From the UHGV virus genome UHGV-0095852: DNA of 28,110 nucleotides; one strand, written 5' to 3'. Position 1 is the stretch's first letter. Each line of letters begins with the position of its first letter. The position numbers and the translations under genes were made by a program. Below, piece by piece: positions 10,001 to 16,987 of this stretch. The notes below the pieces were generated by a model, which saw only the letters and a list, made by a program, of their open reading frames with translations, did no database searches and was not told the origin of the DNA. Source of the stretch: a virus.

Positions 10001-10920
10001 AGGAAGGTATCCCAAAGGACGTTTGCCGACTTGAGCGTTGCATCATCCGTGTCGGGGATCATCTCCAGGAAGGTTTCCGGGTGTTTACGCAATACCCATA
10101 CGTCCACCACTGTATCTGTACCGGATTCGCTGAACGTACCAGAAGGCATACGATGTGCGCCCAAAAATTCCGCTTTACGGCTGACTTTATCGCGCAATTT
10201 TTTGTATTTCGTACCATCGGTCATGCCATTCGGCACCACCAATACAATTAGTCCACCAGGCTTAACCTTGTCGATCGTGCGCAGCACAAAGTAATTGCCA
10301 ACGTTCTTCTCGTTTGCATATGCCGGATCAAGCCCGGCAACGCCGGAACGCCCTTCACCAAACGGTACGTTACCAACAGCGTGGTCATACATTGCGTCTT
10401 TCGCCGCCAGCGCCTCAAACGCCCCGATATTCACATCGTCTTCCGGGTGCAAAAGCTGGTTTATTCGACCGGAAATCGGAGATAGTTCGGCGCTGGTCAT
10501 TATCATGCCCTGCCGTTTTGTCTCCTGGAAAATACCTGTGCCCGCTGATGGTTCCAGTACGTGCCCGCCATCAATACCGTAGTCAGCAAACAGATCCCAT
10601 ATACCTTCAGCCATAAACTGTGGTGTGTAGTATTCGTATTGGCTGCCCTCACCATCTGTCAGGCCGCCTTCACCGGTATACCCGGCAAGAATCTGACGTT
10701 GTTCGTCAGTTAATTTCGCCCCATCGAAGCCGGGCGGAAGGGAATTAAGAAGCTCTACTGCGGCGTTGTTTGCTGCCCGCCGTGTTTTTTGAATGCTGAC
10801 ACCATCGACTTTCTTAACGCCAAAGGTCGCAACAGCACGTAATTTATGCAACCGACTAACAATTTCAATCAGTTCGCCTAAGCTGGAGGCTTCACTGATT
10901 GAATGAAGTAGTTTATCCAA
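4081..10920 (-). CDS. darB: DarB-like antirestriction protein: N-terminal N6-adenine methyltransferase domain fused to SF2 helicase
   Basis: 2279-aa ORF; MTase motif I LEPSAGTGIF and motif IV GNVPFG; Walker A GFGTGLGKTT; DEGH box VIADEGH; helicase motif VI QRNGRGARVG; GAGGGGG RBS. Confidence 0.9.
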   Translation of the reverse strand: MDKLLHSISEASSLGELIEIVSRLHKLRAVATFGVKKVDGVSIQKTRRAANNAAVELLNSLPPGFDGAKLTDEQRQILAGYTGEGGLTDGEGSQYEYYTPQFMAEGIWDLFADYGIDGGHVLEPSAGTGIFQETKRQGMIMTSAELSPISGRINQLLHPEDDVNIGAFEALAAKDAMYDHAVGNVPFGEGRSGVAGLDPAYANEKNVGNYFVLRTIDKVKPGGLIVLVVPNGMTDGTKYKKLRDKVSRKAEFLGAHRMPSGTFSESGTDTVVDVWVLRKHPETFLEMIPDTDDATLKSANVLWDTFLKGKWFTTEGKRFVYGDMERTSFRNTLVVKKDGRVSNESMKTALSRRFESRINWDLLGVTTQAWQGAKVGDKRLVGGIWHEFDGLKWVKDATTKSSALDVNRYGVTTFGDLQIAFQSTNGILALSWDQISAIASDYPSVISDEVAAMIRFAGKQREKDRERVMRGALIGQLINKALDKRNLGENVDDELADAARLAEAEIAKYGPPHAIKLNGIAEAGAKNWMTFTGNVKQDGSASDLLAGRLDVTDGAAGIDFTRPEQVVTHLFSDVALNPITLDDFREAFAGELPGDDDAALEYLAKFDDIAIDGYGCLLPMDRATSGDIATKTALLVGWRDASTGEQKANFERQLAKIEEKRIFTPLNKVTVNLNARWLDRRLIKEFLAEQGYDEFKYTEPDLKVEDGILVSPDDYEGKDGVFTGYQLRTVNGKNGNEFKKANNKDGFLNQLENYLNGIKPRGQNANEYLDKIAQLEISFNDWLRTHPQADQIARDYNDAFNGFIPFTHSDAPLGLEGISGKRIPLTYQNEEVRRLSEDGRGIMGFGTGLGKTTTALALEAYNFETGRTKRTCIVVPKAVYQNWYHEAQSFYSADAFANMMFIGLDEVRDDSGNILTAPVLDENGEPRLDSNGQPLTRNVVKESASAVIVQRMNMIPSSNWRTVIMTKEQFASIPLREETIEENSQQAVFNAVEMGRLDLASGKHRDAQKKNKIKDQAANTGTTKKQNIPYFEDMNFDSVIADEGHNYRNSFSAGREAGQLAYLPNPAVSKMARDMAVKAAYMMKRNNGRGVVMLTATPLVNSPIDAFNMLSTVIPQEEWMRMGIVTPDDFVRVFGKTATVQVQKISGEVEEKQGLVGFQNLDGLRGIFHRWTTLKTAADVGATVKIPDIVENTLQIPMTGEQEAIYEELRKRAQELSSKDALTVDENGHITNEKPDDFIFSIIRDMDKVAIDPDLYASAITFQFPVELADKVKAIADALPKVAGGKVADDADEAEEDGAGGLVSTRTSKVVKTTFSEHPSHVEIRAGIELEAEILKAIAAAGIDMQQVSHPIPPKYAALIENLREGLKNGKQIVFIDEKAQHQKLRRIIASALQMPEQEIGIINATTVSQAGGVKLKKVNKPTEPTPNKNGEYKEGAWETYYSKLAQYEDYLSAKNDAGLEGMEGIAADYNEGRTRIIICNKKAEVGINLHIGTTDIHHLTLPWTPASIDQRNGRGARVGSPQEKVNVHYYCGKGTFDDFRLDTLKRKKDWINMVMTSDMSEIANGDADDADERAIMLAANPEERRAIMSRQAQEREERLKLKALREANNALDNYLKAANAAGKDIGMMETELKSAMEQVEHYQRNLDDLIKAGTNRNGQKYVLEQLRDYRKRVRELRFAITRAKDADTVMKRSRGDLERAIKAGVLELDADVLQNPQEYVRTEKNILLHKGSHYRAIIDENHNTTAIVRVTAIDAERGGCTCRISWLDVASRYSRSPGTALFLPFNLIIESVTFEEGVAESRETAARGVQCHQLSTTLTRDQFYDAIRNGVMNVTAGKPGRVWGGGSAIKYWAYRTDDGQIALSSTYDGVIGQKIGRASDIAPERWIYPDGNDEALKREVAKIQASDNPLNVVDGEGFLQALYGYDYIQGMQAWGSQATMDDVSQEFENWMAGRGLSGRSLNKVTSEDILSLFRKPSGEGLESFWKTVVAYRLFQGRMKAFSNTDDIERMFNQVKAAKITAKIEKTRAALVAWRDALFEQYKSLSDADGWSALEQLANNGVDGAKLAIVQADNPLDSPAAQWIKVGAVINAFDEKHISKDDFADAVSVNRLVEMATRRARELKDGDYVNELPDALKSATWQDYVSLKNGGATESEIAERLEQAESKREEQAAVAEARADEAANDDYIIVVNDKPIRAKARVRGRWWSVSEDVGAVYLIADQPGSSTIRNAKDAIKKIGGRFWNFEANPVADVNFDRPAWMVSTRYSVDELRKIIADAA

Positions 10921-10928
10921 AGGATTAC

Positions 10929-10973
10929 CCCCTCTAAACCGTAAAAAATCCGCTATGCGGTACGGTTGAGAGG
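10929..10973 (-). promoter_or_regulatory. inverted repeat (CCCTCTAAACCGTA / TACGGTTGAGAGGG) overlapping the darB-like ribosome binding site
   Basis: 14-bp arms with one mismatch and 17-nt loop; the arm proximal to the ATG contains the Shine-Dalgarno purines. Confidence 0.3.
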
Positions 10974-11070
10974 GTATGGAGAATGTTATTTTCAGGGGGA
11001 CGATACTACCGTCAAAATCACATACTCCCCATAGTTTGCCTACTTATTAACCCATGACCGGGAGAAAAAT

Positions 11071-11556
11071 ATGGCAAACATTGAACCTCGCTGGCTAATT
11101 GAAGCCCGTAAGCACATTGGCCTGACTGAAATAAAAGGCGCTAAACACAACCCTGAAATCGTTCAGTTCTGGCGCGACATCAAGCGCGGCGGAATTAAAG
11201 ACGATGAAACGCCGTGGTGCGCAGCATTTGTCGGTGCAATGCTGGAACGTGTAGGCATCCGCTCAACAAGATTTGAGTCGGCAAAATCCTATCTGGATTG
11301 GGGCGAGAAATTAGATACACCGGCATACGGATGTATCGTTGTATTTACCCGCGTAGGCGGTGGGCACGTAGGCTTCGTTGTCGGACGCCGCGCCAATGGC
11401 GATCTGCTTGTCCTGGGTGGGAACCAGGGGGATGCGGTTAATATTCGCGCATTCCCAACATCAAGAGTGTCTGGCTATCGCTGGCCTGCTGGCGAACCAC
11501 GCAATACCGCTCTGTTACCAGTCGGAGACGCAGCAACCTCAACTAATGAGGCATGA
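11071..11556 (+). CDS. putative cell-wall peptidase, NlpC/P60 or CHAP-like papain fold
   Basis: Conserved Cys (ETPWCAAFV) and His (GGGHVGFVV) in the spacing typical of this fold; GGGAG RBS 7 nt before ATG. Confidence 0.65.
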   Translation: MANIEPRWLIEARKHIGLTEIKGAKHNPEIVQFWRDIKRGGIKDDETPWCAAFVGAMLERVGIRSTRFESAKSYLDWGEKLDTPAYGCIVVFTRVGGGHVGFVVGRRANGDLLVLGGNQGDAVNIRAFPTSRVSGYRWPAGEPRNTALLPVGDAATSTNEA

Positions 11557-11580
11557 AAAAAGCCCCGGCCAGGCCGGGGC
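11555..11580 (-). terminator. rho-independent terminator for the minus-strand antirepressor operon, shared with the convergent peptidase gene
   Basis: Stem GCCCCGG/CCGGGGC followed by T6 on the minus-strand reading. Confidence 0.6.
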
Positions 11581-11588
11581 ATCACGCA

Positions 11589-11789
11589 TCAAGTCACGAT
11601 CCAATCATTACCGACTATATCAGCCGTCGATAAATAAACTTCCCGGATCTGGAGTCCATTAATACAAAACCATCCGGTAGTAGAGTAATTATCAGGCCAG
11701 GCCCATACACCAACACTCCATGCTTTACGGCGGCACACTTCAGCCTGTTCTTCCCTGATTTTTTTTACCGCCTGCATGATGTCCATCAT
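11589..11789 (-). CDS. small hypothetical protein, 66 aa, translationally coupled to the upstream Rha-like gene
   Basis: Start overlaps the Rha-like stop; GGAGG RBS inside the 3' end of the upstream gene. Confidence 0.45.
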   Translation of the reverse strand: MMDIMQAVKKIREEQAEVCRRKAWSVGVWAWPDNYSTTGWFCINGLQIREVYLSTADIVGNDWIVT

Positions 11790-12493
11790 TCACCTCCCCA
11801 ACCGATCACCTGGAATTGCCCCATTTTGGGGTGATACCAGCGTTTTCCTCGGTGTTCAGCCTCCGACATCATCCGGTTAAAAGCATTCATGAAGGGAGAT
11901 AAGGCCACGATGGAACGACGCGACAATACCCCCTCTGGAGTTAAAAACTCATGTGTATCGGTGGGAATCCGGTAAGCGTTAACCAGGTTGCGACATTTGG
12001 CTTCAGTCAGGCCACATTTCGCCGCCAGCTGTCGGTAGCCAATGTAGCCTTCCGGAATATTGCCTTTCTTGATTTGCTCGACGGTTTCAGCGACCTGGCT
12101 AACCTTTGACTCAACAGCATGAAGCCGCTTTTGCTGCTGAACTGCATTTGCAGCCATTGCGGCGATCATCTCTATTTCGGTCAACGGCTGGCGTACTTGT
12201 TCTTCCAGTTCGCGCCAGCGGTCCACCAGCCGGGCGGTGAATTCGGGAGAGAGCTGCGCGACGACGATAATGCTATCGCGCTTGCCTTGCTCGCCTTCGA
12301 AGACGTAAGCCTCAACACTACGCCGTAGTCCTAAGTTATTGATTTTTTCGAAAACCTCAATTTGAGGACGAGCAATAACGCCACCTTTGGCTAATGTCTC
12401 AATAGTGCGTTTCACATTGTCATGACGTTTTCCCACCAGCTCCGCGATCTCAATGCTGGTCATTGATGGCTTTTCGAGAATGCAGATATCCAT
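11786..12493 (-). CDS. Rha-family phage regulatory protein (antirepressor-like)
   Basis: N-terminal MTSIEIAELVGKRHDNVKRTIETL matches the characteristic Rha N-terminal motif; GGAGG RBS 7 nt before ATG. Confidence 0.75.
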   Translation of the reverse strand: MDICILEKPSMTSIEIAELVGKRHDNVKRTIETLAKGGVIARPQIEVFEKINNLGLRRSVEAYVFEGEQGKRDSIIVVAQLSPEFTARLVDRWRELEEQVRQPLTEIEMIAAMAANAVQQQKRLHAVESKVSQVAETVEQIKKGNIPEGYIGYRQLAAKCGLTEAKCRNLVNAYRIPTDTHEFLTPEGVLSRRSIVALSPFMNAFNRMMSEAEHRGKRWYHPKMGQFQVIGWGGE

Positions 12494-12717
12494 CAGTGAG
12501 CCTCCGCAATGCCGGGATTGGTAATATTGCGATACCAGGGATTGGTGTTTGGTTGTGGGGAAGTAGAGAAACGACCAGTGAGAACGCCATACTGATCAGG
12601 GATCAGAGAACGGGCTTCTTTTTCAGTTGCGGCAATTGCGAAGTGATCGCAGTGTTTTTGCAGGGAGTGAAAACGCCAGATGAATTCTGGACGTGAGCAA
12701 GGATTGGCATTAACCAT
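12493..12717 (-). CDS. small protein, 74 aa, overlapping the start of the antirepressor gene (icd-like position)
   Basis: ATG start with GAGG 8 nt upstream; stop overlaps the Rha-like ATG. Confidence 0.45.
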   Translation of the reverse strand: MVNANPCSRPEFIWRFHSLQKHCDHFAIAATEKEARSLIPDQYGVLTGRFSTSPQPNTNPWYRNITNPGIAEAH

Positions 12718-13046
12718 AGTTACGGCCTCACTAACAGGTTTAACAACCTGCTACCCGCTGTCAAACAGGTGGCAGGACGTGACAGGGTTGACAGACTGGC
12801 GTTAGTGAAACCAGCAGGCCTAAGCCTCCCCATCACGCCCCACCATAATTCGGGCGTAACGCGGTTTACGGACACAAAAATACCGCAATATCGGAAATCT
12901 GCGGTTGTCCGCACTAACATTCAGGCTGTCAAACCTGGTCGCAGAATTTGCTACGACGGCATGAATATAAGCCTGAAAACATGGAAGATCAACTAAAAAT
13001 TTCAGCAATGGATGACTTCAGTCGATGATGCAGATCATACATTCCG

Positions 13047-13080
13047 ATTTAGAAACAGCAAATTAATTTTCTAATACAAA
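13047..13080 (+). promoter_or_regulatory. operator-like motif, copy 5, composite dyad (ATTTAGAAA ... TTTTCTAAT)
   Basis: Two inverted half-sites 12 bp apart, upstream of the immunity-like operon. Confidence 0.4.
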
Positions 13081-13130
13081 TCATCGAGAGAACATTTTCC
13101 GATCATTGGGATGTTTTGTAGACACACAGG

Positions 13131-14093
13131 TCATCCCCTAAATCCCGCAGGGATTGACCAATCCTCCCGGTCAAATTCAGACCGATAGCCACGCTGTTTC
13201 ATCAGGTCAAAGGCTTCACCAATGGTTGCACACCCCTGGGAGCCAGAATAATCCATTGAGAAATCCAGGGCACTGGATTGTTTAGGCTTATTCACTGCGG
13301 TAGCGGCACTACGTATCCATGCAAATTTTTTTGCCAGCTTTTCAGCGGTACGATACAGAGCCTGCCGTTTTGCGTGCCCCTCGTCTGAACGACGCTTTGC
13401 AGCTCTCGCTTTTGCCGCCGCCAGGCAGTGGTTGGTATGTTCTTCCCTGATTACTGGTTTTTTATCCAGTAATCCATTATCCGCTTGGGAACTATCTGCT
13501 GGTGAAGCCTTTGGCTGAACCGCGCATGATCTTTCTCTTCTTTTGGCTATAGAGTGACTCTTATTTTCTATTGGCTGTTCATTTTGAACATGGGGGGACT
13601 TGTTCAATTTGAACAGGGGGTTCCCAGTTTCAAAAAAATACCGAACCTTTGAAATCAACTGCTTAACCAGTTTTGTGGCGTTCGCAAATTTGATGCCCTG
13701 CTTACCCCCTATCTCCATTGCTACATGAATGAAGTGGAGAAATTGTGTTGTAAACCGGTATACGTTACACACCTGAGCATTGTTATTCGCTACCTGATGT
13801 TGCTTAACAAGCATTCCGCACTTCGTCGCTTCAGCAAATGCCCGGCGCACAGTAGAAATACTGCGTCCTGTAATCTCGGACATATCAGCATATGAGCGAC
13901 GGATCATGTATTCATCGGTAGCTCCTGCCAGGTTGGCGAACTCGGCAATAATGGCGCTATGTGAAGGGGAAAGAAAACCGCTATGACGAGCAAAAAAACT
14001 CAACTGATGACCTTTGATTTTTTTGTGGTATTCAGTGTTGTTTTTATACTCAGAAGTGTTGAAAGTTACTGAAACTGAATTTAAAATACTCAT
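13131..14093 (-). CDS. hypothetical HTH protein, 320 aa; possible RepL-like lytic replication protein with internal origin-like repeats
   Basis: HTH-like segment ISTVRRAFAEATKCGMLV; dense direct and inverted repeats inside the coding sequence at 13509-13656. Confidence 0.55.
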   Translation of the reverse strand: MSILNSVSVTFNTSEYKNNTEYHKKIKGHQLSFFARHSGFLSPSHSAIIAEFANLAGATDEYMIRRSYADMSEITGRSISTVRRAFAEATKCGMLVKQHQVANNNAQVCNVYRFTTQFLHFIHVAMEIGGKQGIKFANATKLVKQLISKVRYFFETGNPLFKLNKSPHVQNEQPIENKSHSIAKRRERSCAVQPKASPADSSQADNGLLDKKPVIREEHTNHCLAAAKARAAKRRSDEGHAKRQALYRTAEKLAKKFAWIRSAATAVNKPKQSSALDFSMDYSGSQGCATIGEAFDLMKQRGYRSEFDREDWSIPAGFRG

Positions 14094-14150
14094 CAGATAG
14101 TACCGTGAAAAATCTATCTACCGTATAAATCTATGTCCGGAGATTTATAC

Positions 14151-14189
14151 ACCCAAAAGCCGCTTCTCAGCGGCTTTTGCTTTTTTCGG
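14151..14189. terminator. rho-independent terminator, stem GCCGCT/AGCGGC, with TTTTGCTTTTTT on the plus side and TTTT on the minus side
   Basis: Hairpin 14159-14174 read directly; lies between the protease-like gene and the 320-aa gene. Confidence 0.5.
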
Positions 14190-14261
14190 CAGTCGCTACC
14201 GGAGCAGTGACCGCGATCCTACTCGATCACATCGGACAGGATCAACAGTGTATATAAATAC

Positions 14262-14283
14262 ACTATGTTAGAAATTTAACTTC
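14262..14283 (-). promoter_or_regulatory. operator-like motif, copy 6 (minus-strand reading GAAGTTAAATTTCTAACATAGT), overlapping palindrome AGTGTAT-ATAA-ATACACT
   Basis: Same TTTCTAACA core in the opposite orientation; intergenic. Confidence 0.35.
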
Positions 14284-14292
14284 ATGCAGCGG

Positions 14293-15291
14293 TTATGCCC
14301 GTCGCGAAACGAAGAGTAATGGGGTAGTATTTTTGCTATCCTTCGGCGATAACTCCGGCTCTTTCTTGCCTGATATCGGCAAGCCATAAGTCGCATTTGC
14401 CCCCAGAGATTCAAGCATCGCAGCCACTATGCGAGCATCATCTTCAGACTGCATACGGCAGAGCGCCCGACGCTGTTCTGCGCTGATAAAAACAGGCATT
14501 TCCTGGATAGCGTCACGCAAAATCCGACGGCATTGCTTTGCATTTTCCCCCTGGCTTTCCATCATCGCTGTTTGAGCGCGCAGCTTATCTCGAAGCTGTA
14601 TGTTTTCCACTTCAAGGAGCATCAATTCTGATTCCAGGGCTTCACGATGTGCAGATTCGAGCATGGCTTGCTGATTTTTCATTGCTGAAAAGTGGTGAAC
14701 CAGATCCGTAGCAGCGTTATCGGTAAAACCTTGTTCGATAAGTGCTGCATGAATAGCCGCATCGCGCTCTTCTGCTGATTCAAGCATCAGGCTTTTCTTG
14801 TCGAGGCTGATATAGTTAGGCACAGTTACGTAATCAAAGCCGTGGAAAGACTTTACCAGGGATACCGATGAATCTGGACCAGATGTAGCCCACGACCAAC
14901 CACCAGCACCAGAATTAATCATGCCCTGAACAATACGCCCGGTGTCTGTATCCAGTATTTCCTGCGTATGGGTAACAATGCCGTTGTCGTCAATCGAAAT
15001 GTCGATAGTCCTGTTGGATGGCACGTTCTCCAATACAACAGGCTTCCCATCTACCATCACAACAGAGACTTCCGGCAAGTTCAGGCTTTTCGTTTTGTTA
15101 TAGTGCATCGCCCGGCGACCATGACCGTAATAACCATACATCTCACCCAGCGCGATACGCTCTTTTGTTTCTGGCGAGTTGAATGTGTCTCGTACCGACT
15201 GAATGACGTAATTTCGGTTGTTCTGCGGTGTGTGTTTGCGGATTTTCTCTACCAGGGAGAAGCGATCCGTAACAGTATTCAGTGATTGCAT
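14293..15291 (-). CDS. putative prohead protease or scaffold protein (Pro-like)
   Basis: Placed directly after the portal-like gene; His- and Ser-containing N-terminal half and coiled-coil C-terminal half; assignment by context. Confidence 0.5.
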   Translation of the reverse strand: MQSLNTVTDRFSLVEKIRKHTPQNNRNYVIQSVRDTFNSPETKERIALGEMYGYYGHGRRAMHYNKTKSLNLPEVSVVMVDGKPVVLENVPSNRTIDISIDDNGIVTHTQEILDTDTGRIVQGMINSGAGGWSWATSGPDSSVSLVKSFHGFDYVTVPNYISLDKKSLMLESAEERDAAIHAALIEQGFTDNAATDLVHHFSAMKNQQAMLESAHREALESELMLLEVENIQLRDKLRAQTAMMESQGENAKQCRRILRDAIQEMPVFISAEQRRALCRMQSEDDARIVAAMLESLGANATYGLPISGKKEPELSPKDSKNTTPLLFVSRRA

Positions 15292-15304
15292 TATTTCCCT
15301 CCGG

Positions 15305-16987
15305 TTAATTGCTCATCACAAATTTTGCAAAGTTTATTAACTGTTCTGTCGTCCAGTTTTCCGGATCGTCACCGGACGACAACGGCGCGGATTCGTACAT
15401 ACCATGCTCGTTGTTTTGCTCTGATTCATTCGCCTTAAACTCTTTGATCATGGTGTTGAGAGTGTCATCGTCGATGTGCAACTGCTCGGTGAACAGATAA
15501 CGCATAAACGCGTCACTACCAGCCAGTTTCGGGTTGTTCTGGATCTGGTCCATAATTTGGGAGATGACAGCGACAAAGTTGGCGCGTGCATCCAGTTCCC
15601 GGTTTTCCTCTTCCTGGATAGCAGTGTTCATTGAGTTGAATTGCACGTCATAAGGACGGTTTTTTTCGGTGTAAACCTTCCCGTATTTATAAGCGAGGTG
15701 AATATCATGAAGCCGATAAATAGTTCGCTGGGCGGCCTGTCTGATCCAGTTCGCACGTAATGCGGCCTGGATAGCTGTTTGCTGCCAACCGCCTTCCCCA
15801 AGTCCACCACTCATCTGATCAGCCCAGCCAAGCATTGTTGCGTCAATGCCTAGGCTTGCAGCAAGCTGCCGGAGGTGAAACATAACGTCTTCGATACCAC
15901 TGATATCTGCGGGTATGGATTGCGTATCAATGGTGATGCCGTTCTTCCCATCGCCCATGACCGGGATCAGATGGTTAAGCACGGTCGGGATGGCGTTGGC
16001 ATTTATTGATCGCTGCGCCAGCATGTCACTGTGGCGCTTTAATGCCTGACTGACGCCTCGCGTATAGTTCGCGGCATTGACAGGATCGAGCGTATTAGTC
16101 GTCAGGGCGATAAGCCTGTCAATTTTTGCAGCGTTATTACGCGTAGATTTCAGCGCGGCAAGGGCAGCACATAGATTCAGGAATGGTTCGTAACTGTATT
16201 CCAGAAAAGACGTGCCATAGTTCTGTGTTTCAGTGAGCGGTTTGTCTTTCTGATCGCTCAACAGGGAATATCCCTTCGCCCCATAAGTCACGGGCATTAA
16301 TTTATGCTGCGGTGTCCAGTATGGGTTTTTCATCGCAACCAGGTTCCACGGTTCTGTGATCACCCGGCGCATACTTTCAGAATCCAGGATGTAATCACCC
16401 CCAAAGCCAACAAACTGGCTCCCCCGATAGAACTCCTGGATGAAGTGAGGCAATGTGTAATAACTCGACTCGATGCCCGTAATCCCTTTCCCCTGCTCGG
16501 CATAGGGACGAACATACGACACACCAAAAATAGCCATAATCATGGCCCATGACGGCAGGCCATCATTAATCATTGCCCCTAAATCGGCTGTTAACTCTTC
16601 ACACCTTTTGACGGATTCAGTATCTGCCCCGTCTTTTGGCGCAAGCATAAACGCAAGCCCCGTTTTTTTTGACGGTGCCAGAGCGTGCGCAATGTGAATA
16701 TTTAAGGCTGTGGAGATGGTTGGGCTTTTCGCCATCGTTTCCAGGATGTTGTACTTTTGCAGGCGGTCGCCGGGCAGTTCTGCCGAAATTGATACTGTAT
16801 CTGCCGCGCTTGTCATGCCATCGCTATTGCCACCCAGTATCCCCGGACGTAAAGCGGACAGACCAGAACGCGCAACGACACTATGACCGCTCGTAAAAAC
16901 GACCGGATCGGCAGGCGTGACATCGCCACTGTTGAAGGCTTTCTTCAATGCCGACAGAAAGCCTTTGTTTTTGTCTTTCGTTGCCAT
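15305..16987 (-). CDS. putative portal protein (Prt-like)
   Basis: 560-aa ORF followed by the protease-like gene; assignment by size and gene order, no motif verified. Confidence 0.5.
   Translation of the reverse strand: MATKDKNKGFLSALKKAFNSGDVTPADPVVFTSGHSVVARSGLSALRPGILGGNSDGMTSAADTVSISAELPGDRLQKYNILETMAKSPTISTALNIHIAHALAPSKKTGLAFMLAPKDGADTESVKRCEELTADLGAMINDGLPSWAMIMAIFGVSYVRPYAEQGKGITGIESSYYTLPHFIQEFYRGSQFVGFGGDYILDSESMRRVITEPWNLVAMKNPYWTPQHKLMPVTYGAKGYSLLSDQKDKPLTETQNYGTSFLEYSYEPFLNLCAALAALKSTRNNAAKIDRLIALTTNTLDPVNAANYTRGVSQALKRHSDMLAQRSINANAIPTVLNHLIPVMGDGKNGITIDTQSIPADISGIEDVMFHLRQLAASLGIDATMLGWADQMSGGLGEGGWQQTAIQAALRANWIRQAAQRTIYRLHDIHLAYKYGKVYTEKNRPYDVQFNSMNTAIQEEENRELDARANFVAVISQIMDQIQNNPKLAGSDAFMRYLFTEQLHIDDDTLNTMIKEFKANESEQNNEHGMYESAPLSSGDDPENWTTEQLINFAKFVMSN

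Noticed and set aside
4161-10616. Numerous 60-230-aa ORFs on both strands inside the darB-like gene (for example 6620-7306, 7315-7971, 9029-9598, 5037-5372, 4161-4439)
   Set aside because: They overlap a continuous 2279-aa frame carrying recognisable methyltransferase and helicase motifs; their products are low-complexity or Ser/Ala/Arg-rich and lack ribosome binding sites.
12720-12996. ORFs 12720-12920 (minus) and 12769-12996 (plus) in the leader of the antirepressor operon
   Set aside because: No ribosome binding sites and implausible products; the region is better explained by repeated and complementary RNA elements.
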